From assembly GCA_019751125.1 (NCBI GenBank), contig JAIENU010000011.1, positions 291 to 64,290 on the forward strand: 64,000 bases of DNA, written 5' to 3'. Below, piece after piece: positions 37,671-45,428 of this stretch. Within the stretch, counting starts at the first letter, position 1. Every line of letters begins with the position of its first letter. Position numbers and translations under genes: made by a program. The notes under the pieces are model-generated. The model searched no databases, was not told where the DNA came from, and worked only from the letters and a program-made list of their open reading frames with translations. This DNA comes from Burkholderiales bacterium. Its GTDB lineage: Bacteria; Pseudomonadota; Gammaproteobacteria; Burkholderiales; SG8-41.

Positions 37671-38404
37671 CGGGTCAAGTAGCGGCGGCTACCGTCGATG
37701 CTCGTGCGAAGCCTGGACTGGTGGTTGATGATATTTCGTTAAAACTGATTCGCAGTCCGCGACGCAAGACGATGCAAATTACTGTTGAGCGAAACGGTGA
37801 GCTGTCGATCTCCGCGCCGCCCGGTGTTCACCTCGACAAACTCCGGCAATTCGTGCGCGAGAAGCGATTCTGGATTTACACCAAGCTGGCGGAGAAAGAG
37901 CGTCTGCGCCGTGCGATACCTCGCAAGGAATTTATTGATGGCGAGGGGTTTTTATTCCTGGGCCGCAGCTATCGGCTGAAGCTGGTGGGCAAGCAGGAAC
38001 TGCCGTTGAAGTTGCTGAACGGTCGATTTTTGCTACGCAGGGATTCTGTGTCCGATGCACGCGCGCATTTCGTGCGTTGGTACAGCAACCGCGCGAAGCG
38101 CTGGCTCAGTGATCGTGTCGATGCATATTCAGGGCGCATGTCGGTCGAGCCTTCTGGTGTCAGGGTGCAGGATCTGTCCTATCGCTGGGGATCGTGCGGT
38201 AAAGATAAGTCATTGTTTTTTAATTGGAAAACGATACTCCTTCCTCCGCGCGTTGCGGAGTATGTGGTGGTGCATGAACTGGCGCATTTACACGAGCCGC
38301 ACCATACGCCTGAGTTCTGGTTGCACCTTGAAAGAGCAATGCCGGATTTCATGCAGCGCAAGGTTTGGTTGGCGGAGCATGGGGTTGATGTAGAGGGAAT
38401 TTAA
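37667..38404 (+). CDS. DUF45/YgjP-like (M48-related, WLM/SprT-like) zinc metallopeptidase
   Basis: 245 aa. HEXXH motif in VVVHELAHLHEPHHTPEFW. ATGA translational coupling to hsdR. Confidence 0.8.
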   Translation: MTGQVAAATVDARAKPGLVVDDISLKLIRSPRRKTMQITVERNGELSISAPPGVHLDKLRQFVREKRFWIYTKLAEKERLRRAIPRKEFIDGEGFLFLGRSYRLKLVGKQELPLKLLNGRFLLRRDSVSDARAHFVRWYSNRAKRWLSDRVDAYSGRMSVEPSGVRVQDLSYRWGSCGKDKSLFFNWKTILLPPRVAEYVVVHELAHLHEPHHTPEFWLHLERAMPDFMQRKVWLAEHGVDVEGI

Positions 38405-38422
38405 GTCGATTGACATTTATGT

Positions 38423-38439
38423 TTGGCATTTGATGCCAA
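38423..38439. promoter_or_regulatory. Palindrome TTGGCAT-ttg-ATGCCAA upstream of the AT-rich operon, with a consensus TTGACA at 38410-38415
   Basis: Read directly from the sequence. I found no convincing -10 hexamer at correct spacing, so a promoter or operator role is speculative. Confidence 0.3.
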
Positions 38440-38516
38440 TCACGGACGTTTCCGGGTGGCTACTTGATTAAGAGCCTTGTATTCAAGTGATGTGTGCTTG
38501 GGCTTGAGGGGGGCGG

Positions 38517-39395
38517 ATGCGATTTTGGTTAGTTAAAGATGATGCGCCAAGTGTCTCGTTTGTTAGGGGCCAGGAAGTTATTACGGTGCATATGAAGCGA
38601 AAGCTCGGCATGGTTAAGGGTGATCGTTTGCTGGTTCTATCAGCAGTAAACGAGAAATACCAATTTGCTGAGACTGCGAAGATAGAGAGCGTTTTTTTTG
38701 AAAATTTAGAAGATGATGGAGTAATTTCAATAATAGGTCTGTCTGAAACAAAAAAGCTGGATGATTTATTGCTCGATGACATGCTTTATAGCCTCACCTT
38801 TGTTTGGAACACTCAATTGCCGGCGCGGCATTTTCGTCGTGGTGTGCGTTTGGTTCCTGAGGCGGACTTTAATGCGATCGTCAATGGCTCAGTTTTCTTG
38901 TCGCGATCAGCTTACTTCACAATCTTAGGCGCATTGCCCGAAATGACCCGAGCTGAGTTTGAGGCAACTGAAATAGTCGGTGAGGCTCAATTTTTAGAGA
39001 CTGGCGGGATTAATGCGGAACATTTGCGTGCAAGAAGGAGGTATGAGTCGAAGCTAAGAAGGTTGCAGAAATATATTGATGAACAAATTATTTCAGTCGG
39101 GATTGAATTGGAAAAGTTGCAGCGGATTGCGGATGAATTGAAGGGCGATGGTTCATTGCAGTCGGTGCGACATAGTTTTTTTGATCAGGATTCAACTCAG
39201 AGGTATCGCTGGGATTATCAGATCGAAGCATTCAGCGGATTAATGAATAACCTTGAAGGAGTCCGGGTGCTTGATCGATTGCAGGAAATTTCAGAGAAGG
39301 GGGCGGTGTCGGAGGTCTTGAAATATCTGGAGAATGATGACGATGCAAGAGGCTCTGAAGAATCGTTTGAAAAAATGTTCGACGAGGTGCGGTAA
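38517..39395 (+). CDS. Hypothetical protein A (292 aa) of the AT-rich two-gene operon; family not recognised
   Basis: Strong SD gagggggg 3 nt before the ATG. The beta-rich N-terminal ~100 aa (MRFWLVKDD...VKGDRLLVLSAVNEKYQFAETAKIESVFF) is weakly reminiscent of PUA-like (ASCH/EVE) modules. The C-terminal half is helical and acidic. No P-loop. Confidence 0.7.
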   Translation: MRFWLVKDDAPSVSFVRGQEVITVHMKRKLGMVKGDRLLVLSAVNEKYQFAETAKIESVFFENLEDDGVISIIGLSETKKLDDLLLDDMLYSLTFVWNTQLPARHFRRGVRLVPEADFNAIVNGSVFLSRSAYFTILGALPEMTRAEFEATEIVGEAQFLETGGINAEHLRARRRYESKLRRLQKYIDEQIISVGIELEKLQRIADELKGDGSLQSVRHSFFDQDSTQRYRWDYQIEAFSGLMNNLEGVRVLDRLQEISEKGAVSEVLKYLENDDDARGSEESFEKMFDEVR

Positions 39396-40093
39396 TGTCG
39401 AAAAAAGAAATGCTCCGAGGAATTAAGGCCTATGCTGATGCTTTGGCAAGGGCGGGGAGGTGGGGTGGGCAATCAGCGAGGCCGGTTAATCTCAAGAATG
39501 ACTACTATGTTTATGAGCTCCTATGTTTTTTTAAAATTGCGTCTGAGGTAAAAAGTAAGTTTATTGTTGAATTGTCTGGCAATTATGAGAAAAAAATTGG
39601 TGGGGTTCGCGGAGGGGGTGGCTCCATCGAAATGCATGCGCTTTGGCCAATGGGGCCGGCAAATAAGTCTAACTTTTCTTTTTTTTGTTTGACTGAAAAG
39701 TCAGATCAAAATTTTATTTATCAGCTTTGTCCGGGCACTAATGTTGAAGATATGCATGGCAAATTAAGGGCTCCAGATATTAGTCTTCAAAAGGGTGATG
39801 CCCCAATGAATCCGACGTTTAACGATGTAATCGCTTGTTGGGATGCAAAGCATTCAATTCACGTAGGTAATACGTTACCTGATACCGCCGTTTCTGATTT
39901 TGCCTATACCGTTGCTCAATTTGGAAAGCCAGTGCCGCCTGCAAAGTGGACGTCTTTAGTTAAGCTCCCTGCGTTGCGTTGCTCGGGGCTGTTAACAAAT
40001 GGTGAGTGGTCGACTGAGCCTGATGCCGCCCTTGCTGCGGCTGGCATAGCGGAGACAAAAAATTTCCCCGATGAACCTTTAACTCGGCCTTAA
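39395..40093 (+). CDS. Hypothetical protein B (232 aa), putative PD-(D/E)xK-fold nuclease
   Basis: TAATG overlap with gene A. Candidate catalytic elements are E41 (YVYELLCFF), P127-D128 (LRAPDISL) and D150-A151-K152 (VIACWDAKH), with plausible spacing. No named family recognised. Confidence 0.65.
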   Translation: MSKKEMLRGIKAYADALARAGRWGGQSARPVNLKNDYYVYELLCFFKIASEVKSKFIVELSGNYEKKIGGVRGGGGSIEMHALWPMGPANKSNFSFFCLTEKSDQNFIYQLCPGTNVEDMHGKLRAPDISLQKGDAPMNPTFNDVIACWDAKHSIHVGNTLPDTAVSDFAYTVAQFGKPVPPAKWTSLVKLPALRCSGLLTNGEWSTEPDAALAAAGIAETKNFPDEPLTRP

Positions 40094-40169
40094 TCTTCAC
40101 TGCCATCAGGGCGCGACTGCGTCGCGCGGGTCAAAGGCGGACCGGTGGGTGACGCCTTCGGCTTACCCA

Positions 40170-40351
40170 CCCTACGAGCTGGATAACCTGGTGCGCATCG
40201 GCCAGTTGAAGGCCCAGCCGCGCACCGCCAGCGCAATCTGGCGGAATACGAGGGTTTTTGGCAGGTGGAAGAATCCGCCATCGCGGAACTTTCGGCGCTG
40301 GTGGAGTATCTGATTTCCGACGTGGACCGCTTGATCAAGGGCGTGAATTGA
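40170..40351 (+). pseudogene. Possible decayed gene remnant at the right edge of the defence island
   Basis: Two adjacent frames read PYELDNLVRIGQLKAQPRTAS... and ...AEYEGFWQVEESAIAELSALVEYLISDVDRLIKGVN-stop. There is no start codon and an apparent frameshift. Composition is high-GC, unlike the neighbouring cassette. Confidence 0.3.
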
Positions 40352-40466
40352 TCACGCCGGCGGGCATTTGTCTCAGGTGATCCAGTAAGCCCAGGCCAAG
40401 CTGCAGTAATATCCTGTCCCACACTATTCTGTGTTGAATAATTCGACTAAAAACTGAGGAGAAAAC

Positions 40467-41432
40467 ATGCGTGTCCGAATTTCGGTATTGACGAGCCTGG
40501 CGGCCTTGATCGCGCTGCCGGCGGTGGCCCAGAACTATCCGGTGAAGCCGATCCGTATCCTGATCGCGCAGGCGCCGGGCAGCGCCACGGACAACGTCAG
40601 CCGCATCATGACCAGCAAGCTCGCCGAGCAGATGGGCCAGCAGTTCGTGATCGAGGCGCGGCCGGGTGCCGGCGGCGCGGTGGGCACCGAGGCGGCGGCG
40701 CGTTCGCCGGCCGACGGCTACACCTTGTTCATGGCCAACAACTCCACGCACGGCTCGAATCCCGCGGTCTACAAAAAGCTGCCCTACGATGCGATCAAGG
40801 ATTTTGCGCCGATCATCCACATCGCTTCCACGCCCTATGTGCTGACCGCGCATCCCTCGCTGCCGGTGAAGACGGTGAAGGAACTGGTGGCTTTCGCCAA
40901 AAAACGGCCGGGTGATCTCAACTACGGCTCCGCCGGCAACGGCAGCACCCACCACCTCAGCGGCGAGCTGCTCAATATGATGGCCGGCATCAAGCTCGTG
41001 CATGTGCCGTACAAGGGCACCACGCCGGCGCTGACCGGGCTGTTGAGCGGCGAGGTGTCGGCGATGTTCTTCACCGTGGTCGGCATCGAGCCCCACGCCA
41101 AGAGCGGCCGGGCGCGGGCGCTGGCGGTGACCACGCCCAAGCGTGCGGCGCTGCTGCCCGATGTGCCGACGATGATCGAATCCGGCTATCCCGGGTTTGA
41201 GGTCACCTCGTGGTTCGGCCTGCTCGCGCCGGCTAACACGCCGGCGGCCATCGTCAGCCGCGTCAACGCCGAGTCGCAGAAAGCCCTGGCGCTGCCCGAG
41301 GTCGCGGGTGCCCTGAAGAAAATCGGTTTCGACGCCGTGGGCGGCACGCCCGAGCAGTTCGCGTCGCATATCCGCGCCGAGGTCGAGCGCTTCACCAAGC
41401 TGGTCAAGGCCACCGGCATCACGGTGGATTGA
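40467..41432 (+). CDS. Bug/TctC-family substrate-binding protein
   Basis: Signal peptide followed by NYPVKPIRILIAQAPGSATD. SD gaggag lies before ATG 40467. Confidence 0.9.
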   Translation: MRVRISVLTSLAALIALPAVAQNYPVKPIRILIAQAPGSATDNVSRIMTSKLAEQMGQQFVIEARPGAGGAVGTEAAARSPADGYTLFMANNSTHGSNPAVYKKLPYDAIKDFAPIIHIASTPYVLTAHPSLPVKTVKELVAFAKKRPGDLNYGSAGNGSTHHLSGELLNMMAGIKLVHVPYKGTTPALTGLLSGEVSAMFFTVVGIEPHAKSGRARALAVTTPKRAALLPDVPTMIESGYPGFEVTSWFGLLAPANTPAAIVSRVNAESQKALALPEVAGALKKIGFDAVGGTPEQFASHIRAEVERFTKLVKATGITVD

Positions 41433-41633
41433 GCCGGGGCGGGCGGCCGGGCCCTGGGCCTGGTCGCCCCGCAGTCCGGCCAGCCCTGGAAGTGCGGGGC
41501 TCTGGGGTAAAAACCCCAATAGATTGAACCACTTACTTGCGGTACCACTACTAAAGGTGTAACTTCCCGTTCTAACCCCTAGATCGGGAGCGACATCGTT
41601 AGTCCCATCCTGACTGTTTTCGGATCATTCGCT

Positions 41634-42269
41634 GTGCTGTTGCTGGCCTCCCTGCCGGCAGCTGCGGTGCCCTTTGCACCGCCCGGTTTTGAAGCCCTGC
41701 ACCTGGCCGTGGCTCAGGTGTCGTCGTCCGAATCCTCCCGCACTGAAGCCGTTCAGACTGCTGCAGTTCAAGTCACATTCCCCGCGCCCGAACAGCCGCG
41801 CCTGGCGCGGCCCGCGGTTGTTCCGGTCGCCACTGAAGCGCCGCGCCCGCGCAGCACTGGCACGCCGCGCGCGGCCGACCTCGCCCAGCAACTGCATCGC
41901 CTCGAAGAACAGATCGCCTCAGGCAACAAGGTGATTGCCGACATGCTCGACCGCGTGGCGCTGATGGAGCGCGAGGTCGCCGAGATGCGCGCCCGCGTGC
42001 AGTCGCTGCCCGGTGTGGGTGGTGCGGCGGCGCCGCGTCCAGCCGGGGCGGTGGTGCCGCAGGCCGCGGTGCGCGAGCAGCCCACCGCCGAGCTGGATAC
42101 CGCTGAACGCTCCAGGCGCAACCAGATGATCATCGACAACGCTCTCCTGCTGCTTGCTGCCGGCGTGCTGCTGCTGCTGATCGGCGTGGCCTACTGGACC
42201 TGGGGCCGCCCGGCCCTGAAGGACCGGCTGCGCGAAGTACGTGCGTCACGCACGGCGCCTGCGGCCTGA
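41634..42269 (+). CDS. Hypothetical membrane-anchored coiled-coil protein
   Basis: Hydrophobic N-terminus, a coiled-coil-like segment (LAQQLHRLEEQIASGNKVIADMLDRVALMEREVAEMRARV), and a C-terminal TM (ALLLLAAGVLLLLIGVAYW). GTG start is uncertain because the frame is open from 41583. Confidence 0.45.
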   Translation: MLLLASLPAAAVPFAPPGFEALHLAVAQVSSSESSRTEAVQTAAVQVTFPAPEQPRLARPAVVPVATEAPRPRSTGTPRAADLAQQLHRLEEQIASGNKVIADMLDRVALMEREVAEMRARVQSLPGVGGAAAPRPAGAVVPQAAVREQPTAELDTAERSRRNQMIIDNALLLLAAGVLLLLIGVAYWTWGRPALKDRLREVRASRTAPAA

Positions 42270-42355
42270 TTGCCCTGATTCTGCATCACCGGACCAAGCA
42301 CGGCGGTACGCAGGCCAAGGGCAAGCCCAATGACCGCGCTCAATGACCATGATCA

Positions 42356-43096
42356 ATGACTGCGATCCCGCAATCACGCACTTCGGCTGAGGTTCATCCA
42401 CTCGGGGTGATGACCTCGGGCGCTTCGGTGGCCGCATTGCTTGCCCTGCAGCCGGCCTGGGCGGCGTTCAGCGGCCGGCCGCTGGTGTTGCTGTCGCGTT
42501 CGGTCGGCATCGGCGAAAGTTATATCCCCAATCGATTGCAGCGCGGCGAGGCAGCCGATGTCGTCATCGTGGCCGATGACGTGCTCTGGCATTGCATGGC
42601 GCAGGGCTGGGTTCTGCCCGACAGCCGCGTGCCGCTGCACCAATCGTTGATCGGAATGGCAGTACGCGAAGGTGCTGCAAAGCCGGATATCTCGACGGTC
42701 GATTTATTCCAGCAGGTGTTGCTCGCGGCGAAATCGGTGGGCTACTCGGCCAGTGCCAGCGGTGATTACCTGGCCGGTGAGTTGTGGCCGCGCCTGGGTA
42801 TTGCGGACCGGGTAATGCCCAAGGCAAAGCGCATCGGCCACGAGCGCATCGCTGCGGTGGTGGCACGCGGTGAAGTCGAAATAGGCTTCGAGCAGATCAG
42901 CGAGTTGTTGCCGGAGCCGGGTATTGCCCATGTCACGCCGCTGTCGCCTGGCGCGCAGCGTGCAACGCTGTTCTCCGGCGGTGTCGCCGCGGCATCCGGT
43001 GATCCGGCGGTTGCCTGTGCTTTTTTGCAGTGGCTGCGCAGTCCGCCGGCGCGTCAGGCCTTCAGCGACAGCGGGCTGGAACCGCTGGAGGCCTAG
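42356..43096 (+). CDS. Periplasmic-binding-protein type 2 (ModA-like) substrate-binding domain protein
   Basis: The pattern VMTSGA...GEAADVVIVADDVL...G resembles molybdate-type or related PBP2 proteins. I saw no clear signal peptide. Confidence 0.55.
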   Translation: MTAIPQSRTSAEVHPLGVMTSGASVAALLALQPAWAAFSGRPLVLLSRSVGIGESYIPNRLQRGEAADVVIVADDVLWHCMAQGWVLPDSRVPLHQSLIGMAVREGAAKPDISTVDLFQQVLLAAKSVGYSASASGDYLAGELWPRLGIADRVMPKAKRIGHERIAAVVARGEVEIGFEQISELLPEPGIAHVTPLSPGAQRATLFSGGVAAASGDPAVACAFLQWLRSPPARQAFSDSGLEPLEA

Positions 43097-43109
43097 CGCA
43101 GGGATTACA

Positions 43110-44348
43110 TCAGGGCTTGAGGCTTGCCAGTGCCTTGAGCCGCGGCCACTGGCGCACGGCCTCGAGCACCTGGTCCACTTCATCGGCGGTGTTGTAGAGG
43201 TGGAATGAAAAACGCAGCCGGCCCAGCCGCTCCGATGCCCGCATCCGCTGGTTCGTAAAGTGCCGTGACAGGTCGGTGATCAGTTGCGCGCCTTCCGGCG
43301 GCGGGTTTTTCCAGCCGGCAACCACAAGGTGGGTGCGGTGCGCCTCGACCGTGCCGCTGATCAGCGGCACGCCCAACTCGCGCAGGCCTGCATCGAGCCG
43401 TAACGCGAGGCCTAGCACATGCGGTTCGATGACGGAGACGCCCACCGACTGCAGCAGTTCCAGCGAGAACGAGATCGCGTTGGCGGCGGGGTAGTTGGCG
43501 CTGCCGAGGTCGAAGCGCCGCGCGCCGGGCATCAGCGTGTAGCGGTCGCTGCCTTGGACGCCTTCGTGGGCATCACCCAGATCCACGCTGAAACGGCCCA
43601 GATAGGCCGGTTGCAGTTGTTCAGCGAGGGCGCGGCGCACGAACAGAAAGCCCAGGCCGTAGGGGCCGCAGAGGTATTTGGAGGCGCCCACCGCCAGCGC
43701 GTCAACCTGCGCGGCGTGGACATCCAGGTCGAGTGCGCCCACCGATTGCGCGCCGTCCACCAGCAGGATGATGCCGCGCTCGCGGCAGATGCGGCCAATG
43801 CGCGCGAGTTCGGTGCGTGCACCGGTGGCGAAGGTGACCGAGGACATCACCACCAGCCGGGTGCGGGCATCCATCAGCTGGGTCACGGTGTCCACCGGCA
43901 TCGCGAGGTCCGCTGTGGGTTCGGCGATGCGTACTTCTATGCCATGGCGGTCGCGCATGTTGTATAGCGAATAGACGCCGTTGGGGTGCTCGATGGCGCG
44001 GCAGACGATGGCGTTATCACCGCGTTGCCAGGGCAGCGCGGCGACGATCATGTTCAGGCCCTCGGTGACGTTGCGGGTGAGTGTCACCTCGTCGGTAACG
44101 GCGCCGATCATGCGCGCGAGCAGGCCGCGGGCCTGTTCGTCAGCCCGGTAGACGCCGCCATCTTCCTTGGCCTGGCCGTGCGCCATGGCCTCATAAAAGT
44201 GCATGGCCGCGTCCAATGCGCCTTGCGGGAGCAGTCCGCGCGCCGAGGTTTCAAAATAAATCATGTCTTTGAGGCCCGGAAACTGCGTTCGGGCCTGCGC
44301 GAGTCGTTCAGCGGGGGATATGGAGTTCATCGGGTACGCCATTTGCAT
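43110..44348 (-). CDS. Aminotransferase class V-fold PLP-dependent enzyme (cysteine desulfurase/isopenicillin-N epimerase-like)
   Basis: 412 aa. Contains FPGLKDMIYFETSARGLLP, ILLVDGAQSVGALDLDV and ASKYLCGP (PLP lysine context). Paralog of 46618-47820. Confidence 0.8.
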   Translation of the reverse strand: MQMAYPMNSISPAERLAQARTQFPGLKDMIYFETSARGLLPQGALDAAMHFYEAMAHGQAKEDGGVYRADEQARGLLARMIGAVTDEVTLTRNVTEGLNMIVAALPWQRGDNAIVCRAIEHPNGVYSLYNMRDRHGIEVRIAEPTADLAMPVDTVTQLMDARTRLVVMSSVTFATGARTELARIGRICRERGIILLVDGAQSVGALDLDVHAAQVDALAVGASKYLCGPYGLGFLFVRRALAEQLQPAYLGRFSVDLGDAHEGVQGSDRYTLMPGARRFDLGSANYPAANAISFSLELLQSVGVSVIEPHVLGLALRLDAGLRELGVPLISGTVEAHRTHLVVAGWKNPPPEGAQLITDLSRHFTNQRMRASERLGRLRFSFHLYNTADEVDQVLEAVRQWPRLKALASLKP

Positions 44349-44452
44349 TGAATGGGGAGGTCGTCGGGCCGGATAGCGCCAAGGCCGGTTTGATTCTATG
44401 CCATAATTTTTTCGGGTCCGGCAGTGTTTTCACATTTACCTGGGAGTGCGCC

Positions 44453-45424
44453 ATGTCTAGGCTTGGTCTGAAATCGGGATTGCTGGGTCTGTTGTTGTCC
44501 GTGCTGGTGTTTCCGGTGCTCGCGGCCGGTTATCCCGAAAAGCCAGTGCGCATGGTTGTGCCCTGGGCGCCGGGCGGCGGGTCGGATGTGACCGGGCGCA
44601 TCATCGGCGCCAAGATGGCCGAGGCGATGGGCCAGCAGGTGCTGATCGACAACCGTGCCGGTGCGGCAGGCAACATCGGCACCGCATCCGCGGCGCGCAA
44701 CGATCCGGACGGCTATACCCTGTTGCTCGCGGATACCGGGTTCTCGACCGGCATCAGCCTCTACAACAATGTCGGTTATCACCCGCTCAAGGATTTTCTG
44801 CCGATATCGCTGGTGGCGCTGACGCCGATCGTCGCCGTGGTGCACCCTTCGGTGCCGGCCACGAACATGAAGGATCTGATCACGCTGCTGAAAAACCGTC
44901 CCGGCAAACTGACGGGCGGCTCCGGCGGCACCGGTGGCAGCGTGCATCTGTCGCTGGAGCTGTTCCAGTTGCAGACCGGCACCAAGATCATCCATGTGCC
45001 GTACAAGGGCAGCGGCCCGGCTTCAATCGATCTCGGCAGCGGCCAGATCGACCTGATGTTCTCGACGGCGCCGGCGATCATGCCGATGCTCAAGGTCAAT
45101 CGCATCCGCGGCCTTGCGGTGGCAACGCCGGAGCGGTTCTCCTTGCTGCCGGACCTGCCGACGATGCAGGAGGCCGGGGTGCCCAACTTTGTCGCGGCAA
45201 ACTGGTACGGCATCCTCGCGCCCACCGGCACGCCGCGGCCGGTGGTCGACAGGCTGCACGCCGATCTGGTGAAGATCACGGCACTGCCCGATATCAAGCA
45301 GCGCTTGTCCGCTTCCGGCCTGGAGCCGAAGTCGAGCGCCACGCCGCAGGCCTTTGGCACGTTTCTGCGTGATGACGTGACCCGCTGGGAGCGCGTGATC
45401 CGCGAGGCAAACATCAAGTTATGA
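44453..45424 (+). CDS. Bug/TctC-family substrate-binding protein
   Basis: Signal peptide MSRLGLKSGLLGLLLSVLVFPVLAA followed by GYPEKPVRMVVPWAPGGGSD. Confidence 0.9.
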   Translation: MSRLGLKSGLLGLLLSVLVFPVLAAGYPEKPVRMVVPWAPGGGSDVTGRIIGAKMAEAMGQQVLIDNRAGAAGNIGTASAARNDPDGYTLLLADTGFSTGISLYNNVGYHPLKDFLPISLVALTPIVAVVHPSVPATNMKDLITLLKNRPGKLTGGSGGTGGSVHLSLELFQLQTGTKIIHVPYKGSGPASIDLGSGQIDLMFSTAPAIMPMLKVNRIRGLAVATPERFSLLPDLPTMQEAGVPNFVAANWYGILAPTGTPRPVVDRLHADLVKITALPDIKQRLSASGLEPKSSATPQAFGTFLRDDVTRWERVIREANIKL

Positions 45425-45428
45425 GCGC

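Noticed and set aside
38483-39472. Minus-strand ORFs 38483-38782 (99 aa) and 39218-39472 (84 aa) inside the AT-rich cassette.
   Set aside because: They are fully overlapped by the two long plus-strand ORFs, which have an SD and translational coupling. Their Ser/Phe-rich sequences look like antisense artefacts.
40090-40422. 110-aa minus-strand ORF just after the AT-rich operon.
   Set aside because: Its composition is biased and looks non-protein (RRRDQ..., PSTGRCAPGYPARR). It has no SD. The plus strand carries more protein-like, though broken, frames, so I treated the region as a remnant or spacer instead.
27717-40466. Integrase, transposase, tRNA attachment site or terminal direct repeats defining the island as an integrative element.
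   Set aside because: No recombinase-like ORF appears in any frame, and I could find no repeat pair by eye. The mobility mechanism therefore remains unsupported. Short direct repeats would need a computational search.
41433-41633. Possible tRNA, ncRNA or terminator in the 200-bp spacer after the Bug gene, such as tggggtaaaaacccca.
   Set aside because: I could trace no cloverleaf-compatible arms. The hairpin has only a 5-bp stem with no U-tract, so the support is too weak.
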